Of a stretch of DNA of 64,000 nucleotides, positions 28,207 to 41,099 are shown one piece after another; the stretch's first letter is position 1, and every line of letters begins with the position of its first letter. The notes under the pieces are model-generated. The model worked only from the letters and a program-made list of their open reading frames with translations. It made no database searches and was not told the DNA's origin. A program made the translations under genes and the position numbers. The stretch covers positions 12,028,001-12,092,000 of the forward strand of contig OX597820.1 of NCBI GenBank assembly GCA_951406725.2, given 5' to 3'. Source of the stretch: Octopus vulgaris. Its lineage: Eukaryota.

Positions 28207-28727
28207 TGGATGGAAGCACTCCGTCGGTTACGACGACGAGGGTTCCGGTTGATCCGAATCACCGGAACAGCCTGCTCGTGAAATTAACGTGCAAGTGGCT
28301 GAGCACTCCACAGACACGTGTACCCTTAGCGTAGTTCTCGGGGTTATTCAGCGTGACACAGAGAGTGACAAGGCCGGCCCTTTGAAATACAGGTACAACA
28401 GAAACAGGAAGTAAGAGTGAGAGAAAGTTGTGGTGAAAGAGTACAGCAGGGATCACCACCATCTCCTGCCGGAGCCTCGTGGAACTTTTAGGTATTTTCG
28501 CTCAATAAACACTCACAATGCCCGGTCTGGGAATCGAAACCGCGATCCTATGACCGCGAGTCCGCTGCCCTAACCACTGGGCCATTGCGCCTCCACCTTG
28601 CCAGAGCCTCGTGGAACTTTTAGGTGTTTTGCTCAATAAACACTCACAACGCCCGGTCTGGGAATCGAAACCGCGATCCTATGACCGCGAGTCCGCTGCC
28701 CTAACCACTGGGCCATTGCGCCTCCAC
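28207..28727 (-). mobile_element. SINE family C with a tandemly duplicated head of about 130 bp
   Basis: Head present twice (about 28468-28596 and 28597-28727); CCCCCCAT on both flanks. Confidence 0.9.
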
Positions 28728-29244
28728 CCCCCATACACAAATAAACAAAAACAAACAAAAAACTTAAACTGAAGAAATATCTAGTAGTTTATCAAAGCTT
28801 CTTATTGATCAAAAATTAGTTGACATAATTCTCTTAAATCCTGGACACTTTTAAAAAATAGACGCGGAACAAAACTTCATTATAGGTTTCTATTTACGCG
28901 GAAACAGTCAAATAATGTTCTATCTTATTATTGCAGACATTATTTATATCAAAAGAAATCAACAGTCCCTGCTGTTACGTTTATTTTAAAATCAATGTTA
29001 ATATATCGAACATATCGGTTTCAAAAGCAGTGAACATGTTTGATTATTCTCTATCTTATGTTTACTGGAGACACTAAATTAAGAATAAATACAAAGACAG
29101 GAATATATACATGTGATTTTCATACAAGATCAATGACGATTAAACATTAAAACGAAGGGTAAGTTTATATGTCCGTTTCTATCTCTGTCTGAATATATTT
29201 GTTTAAAAAGATCTATATTGCTGTCGCCCCATTTTTATTAGAGA

Positions 29245-29630
29245 CTAGCAGTATCGCCCGGCGTTGCTCGGGTTTGTAAGGGAAATAACTATATAAGCAT
29301 TTTTAGAGAATTATAGCCAAATTATAGCAAAACAATGGAAAAAAATGACGGTAAGTTTTTTAAAAATCGTTGACTCATCGTAGACATTTTTAGAGAGTTA
29401 CTTCCCTTATATAATAGCGAAAAAATGCATTAAAATGGAAAAAAAATGAAGGTAAATTTTGTTTTAAATCGTAGACTCATCGTAGGCGCGCGCTAATACC
29501 CAGAAGGGCTCGATATGAATCACAACTATAAGATACCCGGTTTTGGTTAAACTGCACCGCAAAATGTGGGAGTAGTTAGGAATCTAAATCGTAGGAGACA
29601 GACACACAACTTCACTTTTATATATAAAGA
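29245..29630 (-). mobile_element. Non-autonomous Helitron
   Basis: Minus strand A|TCTTTATATATAAAAG...CCCGAGCAACGCCGGGCGATACTGCTAG|T. Confidence 0.88.
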
Positions 29631-30075
29631 TATCAGACTAAGACGAACGAAAGTGCGACCAAACAGATGCAAAAATTACAAGCATAAAACTACGTTCCTC
29701 ATGATAGCTTTTTTTTTTTAATATTGATTTCTCGTAATTATTAGAAGGCGACAATGTTTTAGGAGAGATACAGGTTAATTTCAGATGAATTTCACAGTAT
29801 ATATATTTACTGGTACATATTTTATAGAAGTTTATAAAATGGGAGGTGAAGTCGACCTCAGCAGTATCTGAACTTATAAGAATGGTAGACGAAAATTAAT
29901 AAGATCTGGCTTTGAAACCGATGGTTTTTACAATTAATCACGACTTTTAAAAAATAACAAGATTTTGCACCTTCCATACACACATATCAATAGACAATCA
30001 TCGCACCATACATACATAATGCATACATAAATACATACATACATACATACATACATACATACATACATACATACA

Positions 30076-30579
30076 AAAGCTGAAAATCAGTGAAAAAGAG
30101 AATGCCTACGCTGTACTATTGAGAAATCTGCAGTTACTCTATCCAGATTACAAGTTCAGGTTTATACCTTTAATTATTGGGGCCCTGGGGTATGTAACAC
30201 ACTGCCTAAATACCAATCTTGAGAAATTAGGCTCTTTAAAACCAAAAAGGAGAAAGATAATTCGAAAACTACAGATCCAATCCATCACTGGAACTGCAAA
30301 AATCTGTAAAACTTACCAGAATTTTATCATTTAAGTAGATATGAGCATGTCTAGATATGCAACTATATTCATGAGAATACATACATAAAGCAAAACATAC
30401 AAATCTACACATATACATACATACATACATACATACATACATACATACATACATACATACATACATACATACATACATACAAAAATACCCTGTTGTTGAC
30501 GTTGAAATTCCAAGGAAGGAGCCTTGAATCTGGGTTAGAAACCGACTCTTTGTCTATTGGCAGGAAATCTTGAAATAAA
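30076..30579 (+). mobile_element. R4/Dong-like LINE 3' fragment (restriction-like endonuclease end plus 3' UTR)
   Basis: EKENAYAVLLRNLQLLYPDYKFRFIPLIIGALG..LQIQSITGTAKICK; begins directly after (CATA)n. Confidence 0.82.
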
Positions 30580-30741
30580 TGGCAAGCTCGCTAAGAATCT
30601 GTAAGTCTGCAAGAATCTGAATCTGTAAGAAAAAAATCAGGTACTTGTATATAGTCAGTTGAGTAGGTGTATTAGCATTTATACAATATAGTGTTATAGA
30701 TCCATTTCTATAATACTGTTTTAGGTAAATATATATATAGA

Positions 30742-31155
30742 TAGATAAATGAAAGAATGGAGTCGAACGACGATTTAACAAAATTCCTTTATTCTGGACA
30801 CATGTTTCGAAGACTGCATATTCTTAATTCCGAAGGAATAAAGAGTGAATTATGCCGTCTTCTCATCAGGAAAGACAAGGAACTTATGTCAGCATCATGA
30901 TGAACAAAAACTTTTAGATGACTGCCCACACGGAGTCCATAGTAATAATTATTACTATGGACTCCGTGTGAGCAGTCATCTAAAAGTTTTTGTTCATCAT
31001 GATGCTGACATAAGTTCCTTGTCTTTTCTGATGAGAAGACGGCATAATTCACTCTTTATTCCTTCGGAATTAAGAATATGCAGTCTTCGAAACATGTGTC
31101 CAGAATAAAGGAATTTTGTTAAATCGTCGTTCGACTCCATTCTTTCATTTATCTA
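30742..31155. repeat. Spacerless 414-bp palindrome, PLE-like, with a hammerhead-like core in each arm
   Basis: 207-bp arms, centre AGTAATAA|TTATTACT at 30948/30949, 2 mismatches seen; CTGATGA-GAAGAC...GTCTTC-GAAA-CATGTGTC at 31028-31100. Confidence 0.9.
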
Positions 31156-31300
31156 GTAAGAAAACACATAAATTTCCACACGAAAGCACGTGATTTCTGC
31201 CCTTGGCATGTAGCTTCAACAGTGCTTTCTGACGTAAATTTGCTACCCGGGTATCAGTTAACCGAATTATCCATACTAGGATAATTCATTCAAATACTTA

Positions 31301-31342
<42 letters not shown>

Positions 31343-32006
31343 GATAAGAAAGTTTGTTTGGTAAAGCACGTGGGTGAATATATAAGAAAATAGTAAAGTG
31401 TGAAAAAACGACAGAAGGCTTAAATGTTAAAAAATATATATATTTGTGTCAAAATGTCTGGAGAATATTGGAAAATTTTTTTCCTTTCCTTAAAAATGAC
31501 ATAATTTTAAAATTTTAAAGAAACTACCGGTTTTCGCGTGTTTTCAAATTTCTTGTGACGTTATGTTTATATTGCATGGAATTATCGTTGTTTTTATTTC
31601 CAGGAGATTTCTAAATAAGGGAGGTATGAGTGATTTTTCCGGTGTAGGGAGATAATCGCTTAAAAATTTTTTTCCCCTTTTCCTTGTTAATTTCTCTGTG
31701 TCAGATGCTGATGGTTGAGTCTGGGTTTGTACTTTTCAATGAAGAATGTTTCCTTGTTCAGTCTCATTTGTGTTGATGATCCGAAAAGCACATTGGTAAA
31801 TGGGAAGATTAAAAATTGTGGCAGTAGTTGCTTTGCGCATTTCTCAATGTGCTCACTAAAAGGTATCATTCTATATTCTGGGGAATGCAATCTGTTGTCG
31901 ATGCAGTGTGCATCTGCGCCTGAGTGATAGTCCCGTGGAACCCACGTAGTCTTGGTGGCAGCCGAGCATTTAATAACATAAATTATGTTTTCAGAGGCAC
32001 AAGTAA

Positions 32007-32312
32007 AACATAATTTATGTTATTAAATGCTCGGGCTGCCACCAAGACTACGTGGGTTCCACGGGACTATCACTCAGGCGTAGATGCACACTGCATCGAC
32101 AACAGATTGCATTCCCAGAATATAGAATGATACCTTTTAGTGAGCACATTGAGAAATGCGCAAAGCAACTACTGCCACAATTTTTAATCTTCCCATTTTA
32201 CCAATGTGCTTTCGGATCATCAACACAAATGAGACTGAACAAGGAAACATTCTTCATTGAAAAGTACAAACCCAGACTCAACCATCCGAACATACTGACA
32301 CAGAGAAATTAA
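32007..32312 (+). pseudogene. PLE GIY-YIG endonuclease C-terminal fragment (mirror copy about 31687-32007, minus, frameshifted)
   Basis: NIIYVIKCSGCHQDYVGSTGLSLRRRCTLHRQQI..FSEHIEKC..RLNKETFFIEKYKPRLN; the minus copy extends to FTCASEN through the spacer. This is a PLE-type IY-CxxC-YVG with two His. Confidence 0.9.
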
Positions 32313-32443
32313 CAAGGAAAAGGGAAAAAAATTTTTAAGCGATTATCTCCCCTACACCGGAAAAAATCACTCACTACCCTTATTTAGAAATCTCCTGGAA
32401 ATAAAAACAACGATAATTCCATGCAATATAAACATAACGTCAC

Positions 32444-32483
32444 AAGAAATTTGAAAAGCTACACGCGAAACCGGTAATTTCTT
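32444..32483 (+). ncRNA. Minimal type I hammerhead ribozyme-like motif, U3:A8 variant
   Basis: AAGAAAU-UUGAAAA-GC(UACAC)GC-GAAA-CCGGUA-AUUUCUU: 7-bp stem I, palindromic stem III ACCGGU, GUA triplet; about 130 nt downstream of the GIY-YIG stop. Confidence 0.68.
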
Positions 32484-32613
32484 TAAAAATTTTAAAATTA
32501 TGTCATTTTAAGGAAAGGAAAAAAATTTTTCCAATATTCTCCAGACATTTTGACACAAATATATATATTTTTTAACATTTAAGCCTTCTGTCGTTTTTTC
32601 ACACTTTACTATT

Positions 32614-32683
<70 letters not shown>

Positions 32684-32850
32684 AGGGGGAGTTCACGAAA
32701 AAAACAACAAAAGACGAAGACAGGTGGTGTACAAAATAAACAGGAGTATTAGTATAACGCTCAGGAAATTGAAAAAAGTATTTTACGTTTCGAGCCTACG
32801 CTCTTCTACAGAAAGGGACACAGGAAAAAACAAGGAGAGAAAAAATTGGG
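32684..32850 (-). mobile_element. Short PLE-like tail with hammerhead-like motif
   Basis: Reverse complement of 38383-38533; CTGTAGAAGAGCGTAGGCTCGAAACGTA. Confidence 0.7.
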
Positions 32851-32929
32851 TGTAGTGGCTATCATGGCGACCAAAGCCTTGGATGTGGATTTGGCATATA
32901 TATATATATAAATATATAGCATATACAAA

Positions 32930-33425
32930 CAGTGTAAAATTAATATCCCCGCAAAGAAGATCGTCTCAATGCAATACATCAACAACTGGGAGACACTGAA
33001 AAAGTTGCGACTCTACTTCCTAGAACGAAGGCAGTAAAGATATGCAGTGATATACATCTGGAAAATTTTGGAAGCACTTGTACCAAACTTTGGCATTCAA
33101 AGTTACACAAACAGCAGAAATGGGCCCCACTGCATAGTGGCAAAAGTCCCAACATTGCCATCAGGATACAAGGCCAGATACTGCAACGACTTGGGTTTCA
33201 AGGGCCGACAGTTCTTTAATATCCTCCTCAAACGCCTGAGAGATCGGCATGAGGAAGGATTTCCTCCTGTCAAGAGTTCCGGATGAACGGACCCCGTGAC
33301 AGAAAGAGCGGATGAGGGAAGCAACATTAAACTTTCTGATTCACCAAATAACACACATCAGAGGAAGTATTAAGTAGAGGAAACGGTGGTGCCCCAGCAT
33401 GGCCGCAGCTCTCGAGCTGAAACTA
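32930..33425 (+). mobile_element. CR1/L2-group LINE 3' fragment
   Basis: WETLKKLRLYFLERRQ*RYAVIYIWKILEALVPN..FKGRQFFNIL; 3' end GGTGGTGCCCCAGCATGGCCGCAGCTCTCGAGCTGAAAC. Confidence 0.8.
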
Positions 33426-33509
33426 ATATATATATAGATATATACACAAACACACACAAATAGATATATGCATATATACTTATATATATATTCACTCATA
33501 TGTATATAC

Positions 33510-33887
33510 TCTCTTTTACTCTTTTACCTGTTTCAGTCATTTGACTGTGGCCATGCTGGAGCACCGCCTTTAGTCGAGAAAATCGACCCCAGGACTTATT
33601 CCTTGGAAGCCTAGTACTTATTCTATCGGTCTCTTTTGGCGAACTGCTAAGTTACGGGGACGTAAACACACCAGCATCGGTTGTCAAGCGATGTTGGGGG
33701 GACAAACACACGCACACACACATATATATATTCATATATACGACGGGCTTCTTTCAGTTTCCGTCAACCAAATCCACTCCCAAGGCTTTGGTCGGCCCGA
33801 GGCTATAGCAGAAGACACTTGCCCAAGGTGCCACGCAGTGGGACTGAACCCGGAACCATGTGGTTGGTAAGCAAGCCACTTACCACA
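33510..33887 (-). mobile_element. SINE family B
   Basis: Reverse complement of 4742-5156. Confidence 0.9.
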
Positions 33888-34790
33888 CACTCACACACAC
33901 ACACATACACACACACAAAACTTTGAAACTAAACATTAAAAATATTGGTTTATATGAACACTGCAATGACTCATCAAAACTCATAGCTTAATCTCTAAAA
34001 TTAAACATTAATTAAATTGGAAATGACTTGTATATAAGCAAGCTAAAGAGAGGCTGCAATATGCTGTTTATATGTAATACAGGCATGGACTTAAGGGAAT
34101 CGTATTGGGGTTTGTCTTCAATACTTGTCTGTAAAAATAATATTAGTCATCAATTAATATATTATCTTTACAGCCTGTCTGAATATACTTTAAAATTTTA
34201 TAAAAATAAAAGCTCGTGTTTTTATACGTGGACGCTGTCTATAAAATGTATGTATTTGCGTGTCTATGTTTGTACTTATATACATAAACCTGATTAATAA
34301 ATCCGAATTTTTCTGATTCTCTAATTAAACCAAATTCACCGAAAATGTTTGCTTCTGTTTTCTGTGTCTGACATATTATCGATTAATTTTGTAACCACTG
34401 CAGTACAATAGTACTAATCAGCTATACATATGTATAGTTAGTATTTATTATACATACATACATACATACATACATACATACATACATACATACTTACATA
34501 AGTATGTATGTGCGTGTGGCTAATGTGTGCCAACGTAACTGTGTGGTAAGCAATATCTTTCACACACACACACACACATAATATATATAATATATATATA
34601 TATACAATATATATTATATATGTATATTATATATGTAAATTATATATGTTATAAAATATATATATATATAATATATGTAATATATTATATATGTATATAT
34701 ATATTATATATATATATACTATATTATATATGTATATATAATATATATATAATATACATACATATAAATATCCATATATAATATATACAT

Positions 34791-34835
<45 letters not shown>

Positions 34836-35399
34836 CAGGATTATTCAAAAAGAATGAATCGATTTCATTACGCAATATTTTAATAAGGAAACGGAATAGA
34901 AAGCTCCAGCTAAGTCACAAGTATTTACTCACAATCAACTTTTATTTCGTCTCTTACAAGTGTTCAATGTGGCCACCATCTGCAGCACGGGCAACATCAA
35001 TGCGATAAGAGAAATTTCTCCCAGGCACGTATCAGCATATCACGATCCACTGAGTTGATCGCTGTTGTGTAATTATTTCTTGTGGGGATATGTAAAAGAT
35101 CGCTTTTATGCACACCGCTACCCCAAAGATCGATGATCTTAAACATCGATGATCTTAAACATCGAATAACAACAGCGGTCAACTCAGTGTATCGTGATAT
35201 GCTAATATGCAAGGGGAAGAGTTCTCTTATCGCATTGATGTTGCCCGTGCTGCAGATGGTGGCCACATTGAAGACTTGTAAGCCTGGAAATAAAAGTTGA
35301 TCGTGAGTAAATACTTGTGACTTAGCTGGAGTTTTCTATTGCTTTTTCTTATCAAAATTTTGTGTAATTAAATCGCTTCATTGTTTTTGAATAACCTTC
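34836..35399. mobile_element. Foldback Tc1/mariner derivative built from two transposase 3' ends
   Basis: Inverted arms of about 230 bp, TA flanks; plus strand YFLWGYVKDR..IDDLKHRITTAVNSV.RDML..FSYRIDVARAADGGHIEDL* across frameshifts (rosa/DD41D-like C-terminus). Confidence 0.85.
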
Positions 35400-35706
35400 T
35401 ATGTATATATATATATTTGAAATTTAGGTGCATTTTCAACAACACATTTTCATATATATATTTCATTCAAAACAATGAATAGTATCTTACGAAACCGCGG
35501 TAGGCTTGAATCTCTTTAATAATTTCATAATAATGACTTTTGTGACTTTTATTACTGCGTCAGTTCATCTAATTGTATATATCTGTCGTTACCTTTCATA
35601 AAAAGCCTTTTCTTTTTTTACTTACAATGTGCATTTTCGTTGATTTTTCTTACTCTCCCCTTACATTTCCACGTGTAGTTTCTATTTTCTTTTTGTAACA
35701 TATTTC

Positions 35707-36793
<1,087 letters not shown>

Positions 36794-36809
36794 TATATGT
36801 GTGTGTGTG

Positions 36810-36874
<65 letters not shown>

Positions 36875-38169
36875 GCCTATCTGTCTGTCTGCCTATCTGT
36901 CTGCCTGTCTATCTCTCTCTCTCTCTCTATCTATCTATCAATCTACCCGTATGCGTCGTGTTTGTGCTTGTCCTCTACCACTGCTCGATAATCAGGGTTG
37001 GTTTGTTTACATCTCTGTGGTTTGGTATAAGACCCCGAGAGAATTAGTGCCAGGCTTGTTACTGGTAGAAGCTCTAATTACCGTAAAACATTCTACTATA
37101 TGTTCGATCAACCCAAGCATCAAAATTACATTAAAACACAAACACAAACACACACGCAAACATTTTACAGCCCCGTCCTCTGAATATTCCCCGTCTGGGA
37201 CATTTAAGACAAATGCAAAAGTAATATATACTAAAAATAGCTATGATATTTATACACCCGTTCTGGGATGCATAACAACAGATTTAAGTGCAGAAGAACT
37301 GCAACTATCATTCTCTAATCCACGCTACCCAACACGCTTCCGTCAGCACCCATAAAGTAACAGACTGGGCAAGCTAAAAAAAAACACTCCATACAATAAA
37401 ACCACTTTATGTCGGTGTGCACAGCATGGTTAACTGCACAGCAATATGATGATGTATTTGGAGCACACTGTCTGTGGTTTCATCCATATATCTGCTTCAT
37501 TTGGCTTGATCGTGGTTACGAAACGGTAACAGCAGCGTTAACAACATCAAAGCCATAACAACAATAGTTACCGCAACAACAACATCAACAACAACAATAA
37601 CAGCATCAGCCATTAATAAAATCAGAAGGAAAGATCACATTAAATTAATATGTTTCCATCAGAGCCAGTACTTAGAAAACTGAGTAAATTTGCTTTAGGA
37701 AAATATAGATTCTTATCAATATAAAGATTCTGGCAAAAGATACATATAACGAAGAAAGGATTAAAAGCCATTCAGAAATGTTTACAAAATACTGCAATTA
37801 ACGCAATTAGGAATACATTTACATTATATAAGCAATGTTATAATAGCTACTTAAAGTATTTTTTCAGCGAAATATTTCCATCTAAGAAGTTTTATTAATT
37901 GAAATGCATTTTATATGTATATATGAATACTTATGTTTCAAAAGTAGACGAACTTCTAATGTGACAGTGAAATTACACGATCGTATACATCGTAATATAG
38001 GATGCGATATTACATGGCAATAAAGATAAGCAGCGATAATTCTCTCGTTTAAATTATATACCCATTCAATAAAGGCCAAAAATGTACGAATATAGCAAAA
38101 CATAAACAAATAAAAAAACACAAAATCCCTTCTCCTAAGAAACAAAATAAAAAATATGACAAGCAGAAA

Positions 38170-38625
38170 TGAATTAAGAAGCTCACTTTGCCACGACGTG
38201 GTCCCGGGTTCTGTGCCACAGCGCAGTACCTTCAGAAAGTGTCTTCTACTATAACTTCAGGCCGACCAATGCTTTGTGAGTGAATTTGGTAAGAAACTGC
38301 ATGGAAACACGTCGTATCTATCATTCTTTTTCTTTCTTTCTTTCTTTCTATACACACACATAAAAATATATTTATATATTAATTCTCCTTGTTTTCTTCT
38401 GTGTCTCTTTCTGTAGAAGAGCGTAGGCTCGAAACGTAAAAGACTTTTTCTATTCATGAGCGTTATACTAATACATCTGTCTGTTTTGTGCACCACCTGT
38501 CTTCGTCTTTTGCTTTTTTTCGTGAATTACCCTATATATATGTATATGTGTATGTTGTGTGTGTGCCTATGAGTGTGTGTCTTTCTGGCTGCAGTCCAAT
38601 GACTGAAATAAGTAAAAGATAAAAG
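38170..38625 (+). mobile_element. Diverged SINE B interrupted by a PLE-like tail (38383-38533)
   Basis: SINE B head and body at 38170-38320, tail CAGTCCAATGACTGAAATAAGTAAAAG at about 38592-38620; insert TCTTT-CTGTAGA-A-GAGC(GTAG)GCTC-GAAACGTA-AAAGA at 38406-38443. Confidence 0.75.
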
Positions 38626-38875
38626 ATGTACTTGTTTCTATGAATCTATGAGCCAAATAAACTGCTTTCCAGGGAATGGAATACCTGCATACTTTTCTAG
38701 AGACCGTATACTGCCGTACTTATCCATTATTTTGTTATCCCTGTTTAACCCCAGCTCCCAGGTTAACACAGCTTCTGTTTTGTACCAGACACAATATACT
38801 GTGTCTGGTTATTTCTCACTGTGCCATGAAGCACATAAAGCTGCAACATGATCTCTCCTCTCGGCTCTGTTATCT

Positions 38876-40184
38876 ATTTCTTTACTACCCACAAGGGGCT
38901 AAACATAGAGGGGACATTACATCAACTCCAGTGCGTAACTGGTACTTATTTAATCGACTCCAAAAGGATGAAAGGCAACGTCGACCTCGGCGGAATTTGA
39001 ACTCAGGATGTAGCGGCAGACGAAATACCTATTTCTTTACTACACTCAAGGGGCTAAACACAGAGAGGACAAAGAAGGACAGACAAACGGATTAAGTCGA
39101 TTATATATCGACCCCAGTGCGTAACTGGTACTTATTTAATCGACCCCAAAAGGATGAAAGGCAAAGTCGACCTCGGCGGAATTTGAACTCAGGATGTAGC
39201 GGCAGACGAAATATCTATTTCTTTACTACACTCAAGGGGCTAAACACAGAGAGGACAAAGAAGGACAGACAAACGGATTAAGTCGATTATATATCGACCC
39301 CAGTGCGTAACTGGTACTTATTTAATCGACCCCGAAAGGATGAAAGGCAACGTCGACCTCGGCGGAATTTGAACTCAGGATGTAGCGGCAGACGAAATAC
39401 CTATTTCTTTACTACCCACAAGGGGCTAAACACGGAGAGGACAAACAAGGACAGACAAACATATTAAGTCGATTATATCGACCCCAGTGCGTAACTGGTA
39501 CTTAATTTATCGACCCGAAAGGATGAAAGGCAACGTCGACCTCGGCGGAATTTGAACTCAGGATGTAGCGGCAGACGAAATACCTATTTCTTTACTACCC
39601 ACAAGGGCTAAACACGGAGAGGACAAACAAGGACAGACAAACATATTAAGTCGATTATATCGACCCCAGTGCGTAACTGGTACTTAATTTATCGACCCCG
39701 AAAGGATGAAAGGCAACGTCGACCTCGACAGAATTTGAACTCAGGATGTAGCGGCAGACGAAATATCTATTTCTTTACTACCCACAAGGGGCTAAACACA
39801 GAGAGGACAAACAAGGACAGACAAACATATTAAGTCGATTATATCGACCCCAGTGCGTAACTGGTACTTAATTTATCGACCCCGAAAGGATGAAAGGCAA
39901 CGTCGACCTCGGCGGAATCTGAACTCAGAACGTAGCGGCAGACGAAATACCTATTTCTTTACTACCCACAAGGGGCTAAACACAGAGAGGACAAACAAGG
40001 ACAGACAAAGGAATTAAGTCGATTATATCGACCCCGATGCGTAACTGGTACTTATTTAATCGACCCCGAAAGGATGAAAGGGAACGTCGACCTCGGCGGA
40101 ACTTGAACTCAGGACGTAGCGGCAGATGAAATAGAGCTAAGCATCTCGCCCGGCGTGCTAACGGCTCTGCCAGCTCGCCGCCTT
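38876..40184 (-). mobile_element. SINE A heptamer: one head plus seven body-tail units of about 184 bp
   Basis: Units start at about 38875, 39030, 39216, 39402, 39585, 39768 and 39952; single 15-bp TSD TCGGCTCTGTTATCT at 38861 and 40185. Confidence 0.93.
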
Positions 40185-40552
40185 TCGGCTCTGTTATCTG
40201 CTACTGTCAAGTTGTCCTTCCAGTTATTTACGGTTACTTTTACAATAAATAAAAAAATTAAAAAATGAATAAATAAATAAATAAATAAATAAAAATAATA
40301 AATAAATAAACAAAAACTGTAAAACCCAAGGCTGTTTCTACGCATCTTGGTCACTACCTTATCACTCCTAAGAACTTATCTGCTTTAAATTCGTCGCTAT
40401 TTTTTTTTCAGCAGCTAATTTTTGATTCATATATTCATTAATTTATTAATATATTTAAATTTTGTTTATTTTGTCGGCATTCAATTATCTTCCTTCCATA
40501 CTTTCATAACTTTTTAAATAAGTTAATTATAAATAATTATAATCATTTTTCC

Positions 40553-40722
40553 AGTTCTATATTTAAGAGACGAGGAATTATTTACATTATTTACATTTGA
40601 CGGATATTTGTCCTCATCTTGCTTGTTAACACAACGTTTCGGCTGATATTCCCTCCAGCCTTCATCAGGTGTGTTGGGGAAATTTCGAACCTGGGCTCTC
40701 ATTCCTAAGATATTTTTCGATG

Positions 40723-40778
<56 letters not shown>

Positions 40779-40779
40779 G
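40553..40779 (-). mobile_element. SINE family D, 3' portion with hammerhead-like motif
   Basis: Inverted match to 41180-41348; ACAC-CUGAUGA-A-GGCUG..CAGCC-GAAACGUU-GUGU at 40629-40672. Confidence 0.75.
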
Positions 40780-41097
40780 TTTTTTCCTTCTTTCTTCAAA
40801 TTTTCTTCCGTTTCTCGCCGAGTGTTTTCCATACATCTAGGGCAGAGAAGCTCATTGTATGCATTCCCAGATTACTCACGCAAATTCACAGGTAAAATAT
40901 GTATTTAAAAAATTAATAAAAAGCATAAATTCATGAATGGATGTTGTTTTCACAGCGATAATGCTCTTCTCAGTAGATGAGCCGTTCCAGTTAACACGAT
41001 TTTTTGCACTTCCTGTAGGGATGGTAAGCCTGGTATCATTTCCAAATAGGTTTCAGTACCTTTTTTTTTAATCATTCCTAGAGATCCTACAATCACT
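40780..41097 (-). mobile_element. Dong/R4-like LINE 3' fragment ending in (TAA)n
   Basis: VIVGSLGMIKK..IPGLPSLQEVQKIVLTGTAHLLRRALSL* then a UTR running into (AAT)n. Confidence 0.82.
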
Positions 41098-41099
41098 TG

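Larger units (their letters stand above)
31385..32617. mobile_element. Penelope-like element 3' region as a palindrome of about 1.23 kb
   Basis: Arms of about 610 bp around a 13-bp spacer (31992-32004); encodes a GIY-YIG domain and a 3' UTR with a hammerhead; (TA)n nearby on both sides. Confidence 0.92.

Noticed and set aside
30789-31108. Two near-identical 87-aa ORFs on opposite strands
   Set aside because: A consequence of the palindrome; no recognisable protein motif.
38876-40184. Hammerhead retrozyme interpretation of the SINE A unit
   Set aside because: I found no NUGANNA..GAAA core with pairing stems on either strand.
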